Source: Bugula neritina (lineage: Eukaryota; Animalia; Bryozoa). Taken from it: a DNA stretch of 64,000 nt. The number at the start of each line of letters is the position of its first letter. The first letter of the stretch is position 1. The translations under genes and the position numbers were made by a program. The notes beneath the pieces were generated by a model, which saw nothing but the letters and a program-made list of their open reading frames with translations, was not told the origin of the DNA and did not search any database. This document shows positions 33,433 to 47,746 of this stretch, piece after piece. The DNA is taken from assembly GCA_964035545.1 (NCBI GenBank), contig OZ037772.1:13142818-13206817 (forward strand), read 5' to 3'.

Positions 33433-36400
33433 ACCCGTGAGTGAGTCATATCGAGTGAAGCAACACGGACAAACGCTAGATGATGGAGATATAAAATGAG
33501 CACACACTAGCACACACTTGCTACACAACTTCACACGTTAATACTAACAGACCTGAAAAAAAATCAAGAACAACCTACAGAAATGGATATCGATATGAAG
33601 ACCCACAAATGTTGCAGTTGTGAACAAAATGTCATATTTGATAATTCCACTTTTCTAACTATATACACATGTCAGATTAAGATCTAGAGAATTTGAAAAT
33701 ACATTACTCCGTACCAGCATGAGTATCATTTTGCGTTTATCACAATCAGTATCACTATCACTATGTCATTGTATCATAAGTTAAAGTATAACAATTAGGC
33801 CTATTAGTATTAGGATTGACGGATTGTCCTTGAGAATGAAATTACAAATAATAGTACTAATAGTAGTAATAATACGAATACTGATAGGTATACTAATTTT
33901 AATAATAATTATAAATAATTATAATAGATAAACAAGTAAGTCAAGTAAGTAAGTCAAGTATTACTACTACTCTACTACTACTACTACTAGTACTACTACT
34001 ACTAGTGGTAGCAGTAGTAGTATTACTATTACAGTTGAGTAGTACTACTACTAGTAGTAGTACTACTAGTACTAGTACCACTATGACTATGACTATCATT
34101 ATCAGTATCAGTATGACTATGACTATGAGTATGAGTATCATCTTCGGCTTCACTATGAATACAGATTATTTATCATCAAAATCACCAACAATATGAAGAT
34201 GAATTACTATTAAAAATACAATGCTATAATCATTAATCAGAATGAATATGATAACCATTATGAGAATCACAATGATTGTAAAACTAAATCAAAATGAAAA
34301 TGATAATCAAAATCATAACGACAACGAATATCAATAATCATAACTACACCTTGACCTAAACATAATAAATAATATTGCTAATTGTTACTGCAATCCTTAT
34401 AGTTACAATAATAATAGTTGAAGTAATGCTAAAAATAAAATAATATTACCGTTACGACTACTAAAAAAATGCCATTTTCTAATTTTAAAATAGTACTAGT
34501 AGTTCTAGTAGTACTAGTCGACAGGAAGTCACATTTCTCATAGATCATGTGCGTTTATACACAATAGTTGACAACTCCATATATTTTGTTAGAGAAGTTA
34601 TTGAGCTACAAGGCGACATTAAATAGAGAACTCAAATCACGAGGTAGTCGTATTTGTTCATATTCATATTGACATAAAATTAAAGAATCATCTAAATTTG
34701 CGCCATCAGTTAAATTAGTTTCAGTCCAGTTAGATGACTATCGATATATTTCACTTAAACGGCTCTTAACTGGACGACTTCTATTCAGGTGACTCTCACT
34801 TGAACTTGAAGTTAATTTAAAATAAATCAAGTTGAACTTTTAGTTTTACTTTGAGAATTGAAAAAATTAAATTTAAAGACATTTAATACTAAATTGCATT
34901 TATTTTGGTTTCATGTGAATTTATATTTCATGTGCACAGCCATAGCTGTTCAACTGAAGCCATGTATATTGTATACAGTATAGGTGTATACTTATAGCAT
35001 TAACTGAAGCATAATGATATTGATAATAATATTGTAATTAATATTATTATTATGAATCATTGATGATTGAACTTGAAGTCATTGCTGATTGCTAATTTTA
35101 ATGTAATTGCTTCAACAGCTTGCATGAGCCATATCCATATGGCGTATTGTCTATTAATATTCCATTTAAGTGATGACTCACTGATCATCATCGTGAAGGA
35201 TTAAGTCCAAGATGCCCAATATTTTTTTTAAATATTATAATTTTATACTATTTATAAAAAAAAAACTTTTAGACTATCACTAATATCTTACAAATTTATT
35301 AATATTGTATTCATTCAATTTTAAAGTTTAAAGTAGCCAAATATATTTAATTTTAATTATCATCTGCAAATTATATTTGCAAGCAATATTTGGGGTCATC
35401 TAGCTGGAAGTCGTCTGCCACGAACGATGCCGAACGTGGACTTGGTGCTACATTTGTCCAACTAAATCAATATAAATATATTAGTTATTACTAAATCTCA
35501 AAGTCAAGTTTAACTCAACATTTACATTTAAATTATAATACTAATCGTAAATGTACTTGTAATTCATTGACTCCACCATTGTCTTTGTGAATATTTATTA
35601 AGTTGCTTGTGTCTACTCATAGTCATACTGTCTATGATAATGTTATTATTATTAAGGATATTATTAATTAAGCTTATAATTGAATTAAATTATACTAATA
35701 GTAATACTTATAGATATTGTATATCTGTGAGTGGGAGAATCCTTGCTATTATAAGTATCAATATGACTATGATACTCACTATGGGCATCTATATAATATA
35801 AATATGTTAAAAACTTTGACCCTTTACTTTTAATTTAGTTTAGGCTTGAAGTTAAAATTAAAGTTCATTACTGTCATGGCCCTAAATATAAGAGCTTAAT
35901 CATAATGTGGATGCCATAGAATTAGACACTCGGCAGAAAGTAACGTTGATGTAACATGGCATAGTGATGGCATTAGCTACTATTACTATTAGTGCTGCTA
36001 AGTTTGGCTGGAATATTATTAAATTCAAGTGCTGTGGCATTGTAATTGCAAATAACTGATAGTAATTTAAAATGCTTTTATACGTAAATAAATTACTATG
36101 ATTATCTCCTCTCCTTACATCTTGAGTTTTTCATTAGATAATAATAGATATTTAGGTGCACCTTATGTTATCTACTTCTATATAATTATTGTACCCAAAT
36201 CCTTACATTTAGTTATCTAATCATAATTCTTTTAGATTTTGGAAAAAAATTGTTGTTTTGTTTGTGGTTATTTGCTATTCTCAAGTTTTGATAAATGGCA
36301 TGTTGTTGATGGATAAATTTTGAATGCTAGAGCCACCAACTTACAAGTAGTTACTACAATAAGTGACATGGGAGGGAGCAAGTGGTACCTAGCAAATTCC

Positions 36401-37445
36401 TACTACGAACTCACTGCACAGGTATGACTTATTTATGTTTTCTTTTGGAGGTGTAAGTTTGCAAGAAATGTGTAAATGGTTTAATTCCACTTAGACTCCC
36501 AATCAGACGACTTCAATTTAGATGACTTTATTTGAAGGCATTAAAAATAAAAGAATATTATGATCACTGTGAATGCGGACATACCCTGCCATGAGACTTT
36601 TTCTGAATAGAGAGAGGCTGCATTCAAATTTCAGCAGTCATATCATCGTTTGCAGTTATATTTCAGAGTTTAAAGTAATCAAATGTGTTTAAACATCTTC
36701 TTATTGATAAAATAAAAATAGTTTAAATATTTGATAGCATTCCAACAAATTTCTCAACTAATAACTGCTGAAGTAGATCATTTTTCTTTCATAAGAAATA
36801 TTTCTTGTTGTAAATAAGAATTTGAAGGATTAAAGTAGTCAAATATATTTAAATGTCGTCTGCACGTATATTTGATAGCAATATTAGGAGTTATCTATCT
36901 GCGGTATTTCAACTAATAGCCCCTGGGGGCCATCTATCTGGAATGACACCAATGTATAATGTAAATTATACACAATACACCAACCATCACCCCCTTCTCT
37001 GCACAAGTTTATTTAATGCTTTAAAACTGCAAAAGTAGTTCAGTGTTTTAATATCTAGTGACAGATTCCAGTGTTGCCAAATCTACAGCAGTTTCTGTAT
37101 TAAATGTTATCAAATGTCTTTTTTACATCAACATTTCTTCACACTTTTCACAGCTTGCACTGTTGGGAATGAAGTTACGCACTTTTAATAGCTGCACTGT
37201 TAAGGAATGAGATAGCTGCACTGTTAAGGAATGAGATAGCTGTACTGTTGAGGAATGAGGTAGCTGCACTGTTGAGGAATGAGGTAGCTGCACTGTTAAG
37301 GAATGAGGTAGCTGCACTGTTGGGGAATGAAGCCATGAAGCTGTTGAGCTCACAATGAGGCATTCAAAAGCTGAAGAGCCTTCAGTGAGTTGACTAGCTA
37401 AATGCCATTCTGACTGATTTCAAGCAAACAGAGCTGGTCTCCGTC

Positions 37446-40400
37446 ATGCAGTCTGCTGGTGATCAAGAATGTGGTGAGAGACAGCCAAGGTGTGAGGAGA
37501 GACAACCAAGGTGTGAGGAGAGACAACCAAGGTGTGAGGAGAGACAACCAAGGTGTGAGGAGAGACAACCAAGGTGTGAGGAGAGACAACCAAGGTGTGA
37601 GGAGAGACAACCAAGGTGTGGGGAGAGACAACCAAGGTGTGGGGAGAGACAACCAAGGTGTGAGGAGAGACAACCAAGGTGTGAGGAGAGACAACCAAGA
37701 TGTGAGGAGAGACAAGAGGAAGAGACTGCTAGTGTGACTCCCTGCACACCAGTTCCGTTCAAGGACTGCCGAGCTGTTCCTAGTCTTCCCTCAGATGTGT
37801 TGGCTTCACTGATTCTGTTTGAGTAAGTGTATATTCTCTTAGAGTAAGTGTATATTCTCTTAGAGTAAGTATATATTCTCTCAGAGTAAGTATATATTCT
37901 CTCAGAGTAAGTATATATTCTCTTAGAGTAAGTATATATTCTCTTAGAGTAAGTGTATATTCTCTTAGAGTAAGTATATATTCTCTTAGAGTAAGTATAT
38001 ATTCTCTTAGAGTAAGTATATATTCTCTTAGAGTAAGTATATATTCTCTTAAAGTAAGTATATATTCTCTTAGAGTAAGTATATATTCTCTTAGAGTGAG
38101 TATATATTCTCTTAGAGTAAGTGTATATTCTCTTAAAGTAAGTGTATATTCTCTCAGAGTGAGTGTATATATTCTCTCAGAGTAAGTGTATATTCTCTTA
38201 GAGTAAGTGTATATATTCTCTTAGAGTAAGTGTATATTCTCTTAGAGTAAGTGTATATTCTCTTAGAGCAAGTATATATTCTCTTAGAGTAAGTGTATAT
38301 TCTCTTAGAGTAAGTGTATATTCTCTTAAAGTAAGTGTATATTCTCTTAGAGTAAGTGTATATATTCTCTTAGAGTAAGTGTATATTCTCTTAGAGTAAG
38401 TGTATATTCTCTTAGAGCAAGTATATATTCTCTTAGAGTAAGTATATATTCTCTTAGAGTAAGTGTATATTCTCTTAGAGTAAGTATATATTCTCTTAGA
38501 GTAAGTGTATATTCTCTTAGAGCAAGTATATATTCTCTTAGAGTAAGTATATATTCTCTTAGAGTAAGTGTATATTCTCTTAGAGTAAGTGTATATTCTC
38601 TTAGAGTAAGTGTATATTCTCTTAGAGTAAGTGTATATTCTCTTAAAGTAAGTATATATTCTCTTAGAGTAAGTGTATATTCTCTTAGAGTAAGTGTATA
38701 TTCTCTTAGAGTAAGTGTATATTCTCTTAAAGTAAGTATATATTCTCTTAGAGTAAGTACATATATTTGCAGGGTGCGTCGTATAAGACGCTACGTACCT
38801 GATCACGCTGCTAAGAGCATATACTATGCCTACCTGAACGACAGGAAAATTAACTACTTGGACCACAAGCCGGATGCTCAGGTGGTGGAGGTGACTGATG
38901 CGTGTGAGTTTACAACTATGTAATATAGTAATATAACTGTGTAATATAGTAATATAACTGTGTAATATAGTAATATAACTGTGTAATATAGTAATATAAC
39001 TGTGTAATATAGTAACATAACTGTGTAATATAGTAACATAACTGTGTAATATATAGTAATATAACTGTGTAATATATAGTAATATAACTGTTTCAGTAAA
39101 CCACTTCAAGACCAAGTACACTGCAAATCTTGATGCCAAACAGGAAATGGCGATGGCATTGCTTCAACCGGCTGAGTTTGAGGAGAGGAAGTTGAAGTTC
39201 ACCACTTACCTCATTGCTTCCATTGAATATGACAGTACGCCTGCCCATTCCGTCTTCAACATCCTAGTGGTGGGTGTGGCTACTAGATAGTATAATATAC
39301 TAGATAGTATATATTAGTTAGTACGTGTATATTATATAGTATATACTAGATAGTATATATTAGTTAGTACGTGTATATTATATAGTGTATACTATATATT
39401 AGTTAGTACGCATATATACTGGACAGTCTGTGTATCCTTACAGTACATGACTCTGGTGAGGGACTGGTCCCTGGTGGCCCTCATGCAGAATAAGCACCAC
39501 TGGGTATATGATTACTTAGACTGGTTTGGGTCCATAGTCGATCCGATGGTCCACCTGATATTCAGTCAGGGAGGCTGGGTGAGTCTCCTAGCTGTACTAT
39601 AAGCATATACTCTCCCTACTAGCTGTACTATAAGCATATACTCTCCCTACTAGCTGTACTATAAGCATATACTCTTCCTACTAGCTGTACTATAAGCATA
39701 TACTCTCCCTACTAGCTGTACTATAAGCATATACTCTCCCTACTAGCTGTACTATAAGCATATTATACTCTCCCTACTAGCTGTACTATAAGCATATACT
39801 CTTCCTACTAGCTGTACTATAAGCATATACTCTCCCTACTAGCTGTACTATAAGCATATACTCTCCCTACTAGCTGTACTATAAGCATGTACTCTCCCTA
39901 CTAGCTGTACTGTAAGCATATACTCTCTCTACTAGCTGTACTATAAGCATATACTCTCCCTACTAGCTGTACTATAAGCATATTATACTCTCCCTACTAG
40001 CTGTACTATAAGCATATACTCTCCCTACTAGCTGTACTATAAGCATATACTCTCCCTACTAGCTGTACTATAAGCATATTATACTCTCCCTACTAGCTGT
40101 ACTATAAGCATATACTCTTCCTACTAGCTGTACTATAAGCATATACTCTCCCTACTAGCTGTACTATAAGCATGTACTCTCCCTACTAGCTGTACTATAA
40201 GCATGTACTCTCCCTACTAGCTGTACTATAAGCATATACTCTCCCTACTAGCTGTACTATAAGCATATACTCTCCCTACTAGCTGTACTATAAGCATATA
40301 CTCTTCCTACTAGCTGTACTATAAGCATATACTCTCCCTACTAGCTGTACTATAAGCATATACTCTTCCTACTAGCTGTACTATAAGCATATACTCTCCC

Positions 40401-40545
40401 CACTAGCTGTACTGTAACATATACTCTCCTTACCAGCTGTAATATAAACATATATTTCTAGGGCTGTGCCATTAGACAGTTCCTGTCCGATAATTTGGTT
40501 GCGAGGCCCGCAAAACCAGGACCATATTGCTCGACTAGCCTTTAA
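37446..40545 (+). CDS. Divergent Bcl-2-fold-like protein A (no C-terminal TM), with an N-terminal (CEERQPR)n repeat
   Basis: Exons 37446 (or acceptor at 37398)-37822, 38773-38903, 39097-39269, 39444-39578 (...YLDWFGSIVDPMVHLIFSQGGW|), 40462-40545 (TAA). BH2-like GGW is followed by a phase-0 intron, as is typical of Bcl-2-family genes. The true start is uncertain (possible upstream exon ending 36421). AATAAA ~40706. Confidence 0.6.
37823..38758 (+). repeat. 21-bp minisatellite (GAGTAAGTRTATATTCTCTTA)n starting at the donor site
   Basis: About 44 copies, each containing GA|GTAAGT. Confidence 0.95.
39589..40440 (+). repeat. 31-bp intronic minisatellite (AGCTGTACTATAAGCATATACTCTCCCTACT)n
   Basis: Directly visible. 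Confidence 0.95.
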
Positions 40546-41113
40546 GGGACGCCCATACACTGCCCTGTCTCAGTTTGACCTCTCCTCTAGCAACCAGTTG
40601 TATATCATTACATGATACTGGAGTTCACTATAGTTATTCTTGTTAGATGCTTTGTTTATTAATAAGATATGTCTGTAAAATATATTATGGGTTTCATTAT
40701 TTCACAATAAAATGAATGATATTCTTTGCAGAACCATGTTTCAAGTTCTGAGTAGTAAATAAATAGAACACATGGAGTGCACATGTACCAAGTTAGAATA
40801 ATACAGGTGACTAAAGTAGCAGCCACATGAGCCTAAGTGAAGGCAACAATAACAGAAATCTACATCACTTTATTTATTAAAGTCAATCTACCAGTTTACA
40901 AATCTTGAATGTGAATTCCTCTTAAAAACCTTGATTAGTGTCAACTGGAGTATACAGAAAGGAACATTTACAAGTTTCTTTGCAAAATAATTGTATGCAT
41001 TTCTTGTAAATGTTAGCTTTGTGGAGTTATCTTTCCTCTGCAGTACATTTAGCATAAGGCGAGTTACTTATTAACTTGTTATGAATAACTTCCAACATAG
41101 AAACAATAATGTG

Positions 41114-41542
41114 CTACACAATAAACTAGTAGGCCAAGCTTTGCTGCTACACAATAAACTAGTAGGCCAAGCTTTGCTGCTACACAATAAACTAGTAGGC
41201 CAAGCTTTGCTGCTACACAATAAACTAGTAGGCCAAGCTTTGCTGCTACACAATAAACTAGTAGGCCAAGCTTTGCTGCTACACAATAAACTAGTAGGCC
41301 AAGCTTTGCTGCTACACAATAAACTAGTAGGCCAAGCTTTGCTGCTACACAATAAACTAGTAGGCCAAGCTTTGCTGCTACACAATAAACTAGTAGGCCA
41401 AGCTTTGCTGCTACACAATAAACTAGTAGGCCAAGCTTTGCTGCTACACAATAAACTAGTAGGCCAAGCTTTGCTGCTACACAATAAACTAGTAGGCCAA
41501 GCTTTGCTGCTACACAATAAACTAGTAGGCCAAGCTTTGCTG
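41114..41542 (+). repeat. Near-perfect 33-bp tandem array (CTACACAATAAACTAGTAGGCCAAGCTTTGCTG) x13
   Basis: Directly visible; no unique spacers. Confidence 0.95.
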
Positions 41543-42858
41543 AGCTACAAGTAGAACGATGCACAGTGAGCATGACTCATTTGCTGGTGCTGTTAGAGTA
41601 ATTATAAAACTTGGCTGATCTACCATTTACAGCACAGATCACTTTCACAGACCTTGCCGCTGACACGACAAATATATCTTTACAGGTGAAATATAATATA
41701 ATTGCAATGGTTTGTTGTTATTTCTGTTTCTATCAGGCATATAATATACAAGTATTTCAAGACTTGAGATGCTTCCCCCAAAAGAGCTAATTTAAAAGCT
41801 GCTCATTTTGCTCAAAATATATTATCGTACCCTCTGTGATTAGTAAATTATCAAATTATGCTAGTTATAATAATTAGGAATAAAAGCATATTTATAATAT
41901 TCTATAAAATAGGAATAATAATATTGTTGTTTGGAATCCGGAAGCCCCTTCACAGTTAGTTTAAGGTCATTACTTTCCACATTCAGGCACTGCTTTATGT
42001 TATATATAAACGGTTTCCAGGGGATAGCTCGAACAGTTTTTGTCTCACATTAACAAATTTTACATGAAAAGATAGCTCTTGCATTCCTCTTTCATATACT
42101 TTTTTTAATTTTTCAATAAAAAATTTTCTGAGAAAGTTGTTGCATAATAAGTAAAATTTTACACCCTCCATGTTCCACTGCTGTAGCACAGGGGATTCAT
42201 TTTATAAAGTCTAAAAGTTAAACTTGACATTCCTTGATATGTTTTCTCTAATATACTTTCTTTGTTTTTTGAAATTCTGTTTATGCTCTTCACAATTTGG
42301 TAAAAACATACACCATTTTGCAAGTTTCACTGCAATTATCTAAATTCTTCATATGGTGGTTCTAGCTACGCTCCTGTGACTAATTATAACATTCCCAGTA
42401 CGTTTGCCGCTCTGCGCGCTATCCCAATAACATATAGTACCCTCTCGCACAAATTGGCAATCTATTGGATTTCTGCCAATATAATGTTCCCTGTTTTACA
42501 TTAGCACTTAGCTGAATCATCTCACTATGTTACAATCTATTGACAATGCCTCAGCACAACATAATTCTTTGTTTGTTTGGCAGAGTTAATTTCAGCTAAA
42601 TCACTTCACTTTGCAGTCTTGTCAGTAAAGGTCTGTCTATAGTGCAGCAGTTGTACTTCCAGTTTCTCTAATTCACATATGATTATTTTAAGTACATTGT
42701 ATTCTATAAGATCAATTTAAAGTTTAGCCCAGTGTTCAGTAGCTAAGTATTATGCATGTATGTTGTCTTACTGTTGAACAAAAGTTAAAAAAAACTTTAC
42801 AATTATAGCCATATTTATTATACATGCGTAGGATTTGCATAAATTGACAAAAAAAAGT

Positions 42859-42927
42859 GCAGCATACTAGGATTGAACCATGACCAACCAGCTTCTCGCT
42901 GACGCCTTTAACCTCTGGACCACGCAG
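42859..42927 (-). mobile_element. tRNA-derived (SINE-like) head with Pol III A/B boxes
   Basis: Minus strand: CTGCGTGGTCCAGAGGTTAAAGGCGTCAGCGAGAAGCTGGTTGGTCATGGTTCAATCCTAGTATGCTGC; A-box TGGTCCAGAGG, B-box GGTTCAATCC; no proper cloverleaf. Confidence 0.5.
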
Positions 42928-44699
42928 TCATCGTTAATAAATCGCCAACTATATGAGTAACTATGAGTACATAAATATTTTGCTCGCAAATGGGTTATAA
43001 TTATTAGGCTGTCAATTCATGTTGATAGCAGTCAACTGTTGCAATAGTCTAGGGTTACTAGCAAAGCTAATGGTTTTGAACAAATAACCCAAAAGTTTAA
43101 AAATAAGTAGCTTGCGTATTACTAGCTACAAAAACAGGTCTGAAATAGACTGGTAAAGCAAGCTCTTATTGTAGAGTTTGCAGATGTGCTCTAAAATAAA
43201 ACTTAAACTGTATGCTATTACATAAGTATTTGTATGCGAGAGATATAAATGGACATTACTGAGTTTCTGGAAAACAACATACTTGAAGTTAACTTTGACA
43301 ATGGTGTTTTCTTTTCATCATAGCTAGCCTATAGCATAAATCTCTAATCATATGAATCTTTATGAAGCCCACAGCTCATGTAAGGGTGGCAATGTAATTT
43401 GAAACGAACAATTATGTTGCTGCATTGTGTCTAAGGTATATTAGAGAGCAGAATTTGGTTTTACTAGCCTACCCCAACGGCATTCTACAATGCAGCTTAT
43501 ATGCTGGCAGTTGTAATAAGTACAGCCGATAGCAAGGTTACTATCACTGCTAGCTCTGTGCAGTATGTAACCTCTTGAATAATTGCGCCAATTTTAAACT
43601 CTTGGAAGTTGGCCAAGTTATCATATCGCAGCCAGCCACCGGAGACAAAGCATCAGAGCTATTCATATAATATTATACTGATGCACTTGGTAGCAGAGTG
43701 GCTAATCTAATATAGTTCATAGTTCAACACCCTTTACTTTGGGAATACAGCCTCTTTTTTTAGGTTTACCTTACAAAGCATGAAAATATCTAAACTGATA
43801 TTCTGATAATTTAGAGGTACATTTTGAAAACTAGGTTAATTGCACTTGTTTGCACAACAACAATAATAAAATAGATATTATGCAGTATAATAAAAACACA
43901 CATAATACTATATAATATATTATAATGATAATAATATAATATTATAAGTACCATTACTGCATTTTATAAATCACATGGTTGCCAAAAAAATGTATCACAA
44001 ATTTTGTAATTATACATCAAAAATAGAACTAGCTAGGCAGCAGGTTAGAATAGAGTAAATTTTTAAAACATGAAATCATGATTTGACTATTGTTTTATTT
44101 AGGCCAACCAACCTAGGAATACAAGATTGGGTTTTAGCTGACAGTTTATAACATTTAGCTTTTGAGCCAGCAGCACTGGCACTTGTGAAGTATAGGCAAA
44201 GTTAGTGAAGCGAGACTAACAAGCACTCAAATACAAGGCATATTGAGACACAATAACAAGTCAGGAGCGTATAAATTAAAAAGAATGTGGAAGGGGGACT
44301 ATGTTTTTCAACAAGCTATAACTTAAACATGAATTGGCTTTTGAAAAAAATAAAAAAGTATATTGGAGAACATAAGTTTCTTTATCTTTTCATATTTTTT
44401 TTGTTCCTGTGACATTCAACCTGTTCGAGCTATCAGTGGAACATTGTTCATATAGAACATAAAGCACCTGGCAAAGAGCCAGAAAGTGAAAAGTATGACC
44501 TTAAACTAACTGTGTTCAGCGTAATTGGTTAGTCTGAGGTCCGAATCCCTGTGGGGGCAATATTATATTGCAAGCTATTTCGGCCTTGTCTTGTGGAAGT
44601 AGTCTCAGGGAGTTGAGTGGTGAGTGGAGCCCATAAACTAACAGAGTATGTGGGGGCCACTGCAGTTCTGGAGAGAACTGGGTGGGATGTTGTTTGGAA

Positions 44700-44772
44700 G
44701 CATCTGTAGCGTAATTGGTTAGCACTCCTGCTTGTAAGCTGGAGGTCTGTGGTTCGAATCCCGATGAGGGCA
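44700..44772 (+). pseudogene. tRNA-Thr(TGT)-like pseudogene or SINE head; truncated copy at 44517-44559
   Basis: A-box TAGCGTAATTGG, anticodon loop CTTGTAA, B-box GGTTCGAATCC; acceptor and T stems are mismatched (GCATCTG vs TGAGGGC). Confidence 0.6.
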
Positions 44773-47171
44773 TTTGTTTTGCAAATATATAATCCATATT
44801 ATATGAATTAAAAATATATTTATTTATTTATATTTATTGCATTTTGTGATAAAACATTGCGGATCCTTTTTAATTACTGCAAGAGTTACTCGAATACCTA
44901 CTACACACAGATATTACAAGGATGTTACACACAGATATTACAAGGATGTTACACACAGATATTACACACACATATATTACACACAAATATTACAAGACTA
45001 CTGTATTTATGATTGTGTATTCAAGGCAAGCAGTTGTAACTACTTTAAATTGAGATGTACATTACTAGAAGCTCTTTCTGTAGAATTTGCATCTCATTAA
45101 TGTTATTGCTTCATCAGTCTTCAATAATTACTACTTCTAATAAATTTCTGTGTTACAGCTTTAGTTTATTATAGCAATAACACATTTTGTTTTAAATATA
45201 AATAATTGAATATAATTACGTCATACTTTTAAAAATGTGAAGCTTAAAATAACGAGGAATGCTAATCTCTGCATACATATAATTTTAACCATCTATTTAT
45301 AGTAATACAGCGTTACGACATTCACTGCAGCCTGAAGCTCACTTGCGGCAAGTTCTCTGTATGACGCACAAATCACGTGACCTGTTCTGGACGACTTGAC
45401 GCAGAAGTTGCAGAGTCACTCATAATCAGACGGACTGACCACGCTGAGGATTTTCACATTCTTAAACAGAGTTTAAGTATTCACTTATCGGACATGCATA
45501 TTAATATTTGGCAACTGCTTCAATTTTTAACAAACGAAGTGTCAACTCGTGCTAAATATGACTTTCAAACTCATACAATTACATGCCAGGTAAACTTAAA
45601 GTATTCGTGTCTAAACTCTTAACTTTAAGAGTTCAAGTTGGGCTACTCAGTTGATGTTATTAAGTCACTGAGTTATGAGACTCACTGAGTAACTCTCGGA
45701 CTCTCACTCTATGGCGGTCGTATCAGTATTTCTATGGGTAGACTAACACTATGAGTATGACTATCACTATAAAATTGATTATCAATAGTTACAATTTGTA
45801 ATAGTATTAGTTGAACAAATTTTCCATCATGATCATTCAACTCATAGTCATTCAATTTCATCTTTTTAGATCAAACTGAAATTTAATATGAATAACTCTA
45901 AGTATTACTATTACTATTAGAAACAGTAATAGTTTACTATTTAGTATTTATTATTTTATTATTTATATTATTAATATTAATATTATGATTATTGCGGTTG
46001 GCTTTGCAATTACTATTAGTATTAGTATTATAATACTAATAGGTATCAATATTGCTTTTAATTTTATTACTGATTTAGTAATACTAATTACTAAATTAGT
46101 AATTATTGAAACAATTTAAATTTTAGTTTAATTTTTATTTTGTTGTACTTTACAATTATTGAATTGTTATTATATTGTGTTTGTTATATTCATATTAATA
46201 TTATATTACTGAATTATTATCTATAAGTATTATTACATTTACTACTATAATAATAATAATAATATTGGAGTAGCTGAAAACAAATACCCACTGATTCAGC
46301 AGACAGCCTTACTAGGATCAGCTCACATCTTGAGGAAAGTTCTATCCATCCCAGCCTAGTGGAACTAGGCCGATGGTAGAAGGTTAAACCAGCTAAAAGC
46401 TGTGATACAACCAATAATAATATTATAATAATAATAATAATATTAACTGTCAAGTACAATTCCAAGTATTAGCATGTATCCTGTAAGATGATGAGTATCT
46501 TGAGCTTGATATCTTATGTTTTTCACCTGTAGACCAGTGGTGGGTTGCCAAAGGCATTGGTAAAAATAATTTTGTTCTTATTTGCTTGATAACATCTTAA
46601 AAAGTAGGGTGTCAACCTACATATATAGCAATTAGAGACGCAATTGGTGTCTTTGATTTATTTTACTACCCTTAATTACAATCATGATACATCACTTTCT
46701 TTCCATTTTATGCATGAATTACAAACAATCAATTTACTGACTCCTTGAATGTGATGTTGGTTGTTGAAACAAGAAACTTTTCATCATCACAGAGGCAGCA
46801 ATGATTGCTTTTGAGCTACTAAATCAATTTGAATTTTCAGAAACTTGATCAAGTCAACATGTATTATAAACAATGTTAGTTTTAAACTATTGGTTATCAA
46901 TTTTGATATTTGGCAATTGAAATATGGCAAAAGTGAATTTAGAGCTATTCTTTACATTTTCTATGAACATATTTATATTGAATAGCAGAACAATAAAGAT
47001 AGAAAATTACAAATAACTATCAAAATCACAATTATGCTAAAAAAACTGTAATTTAGTTAAAAAAGGTGATGAGTCTAATAAAAAATAAAAATTAGTGAAG
47101 TGATGGATAACTCAAAGCTTTTTATTATATTTTTAATTTTATAACGAAGTTGTGCGCAGAGAGATATTCTC

Positions 47172-47746
47172 TTGCTCTTACTACATATATAGCTGACTCT
47201 TACTACATATATAGCTGACTCTTACTACATATATAGCTGACTCTTACTACATATATAGCTGACTCTTACTACATATATAGCTGACTCTTACTACATATAT
47301 AACTGACTCTTACCACATATATAGCTGACTCTTACTACATATATAGCTGACTCTTACTACATATATAACTGACTCTTACTACATATATAGCTGACTCTTA
47401 CTACATATATAGCTGACTCTTACTACATATATGGCTGACTCTTACTACATATATAACTGACTTTTACTACATATATAACTGACTCTTACTACATATATAG
47501 CTGACTCTTACTACATATATAGCTGACTCTTACTACATATATGGCTGACTCTTACTACATATATAGCTGACTCTTACCACATATATAGCTGACTCTTACT
47601 ACATATATAGCTGACTCTTACTACATATATGGCTGACTCTTACTACATATATGGCTGACTCTTACTACATATATGGCTGACTCTTACTACATATATAGCT
47701 GACTCTTACTACATATATGGCTGACTCTTACTACATATATGGCTGA
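47172..47746 (+). repeat. 22-bp minisatellite (CTGACTCTTACTACATATATAG)n
   Basis: Directly visible. Confidence 0.95.

Noticed and set aside
38198-39139. 313-aa minus-strand ORF (YSKRIYT)n
   Set aside because: Minisatellite read-through antisense to real exons.
41114-41542. 33-bp direct repeats resembling a CRISPR array
   Set aside because: Head-to-tail copies with no unique spacers, no cas genes, eukaryotic context.
44700-44772. Functional tRNA-Thr gene
   Set aside because: Acceptor and T stems do not pair properly and a truncated copy lies nearby; pseudogene or SINE more likely (tRNAscan-SE would decide).
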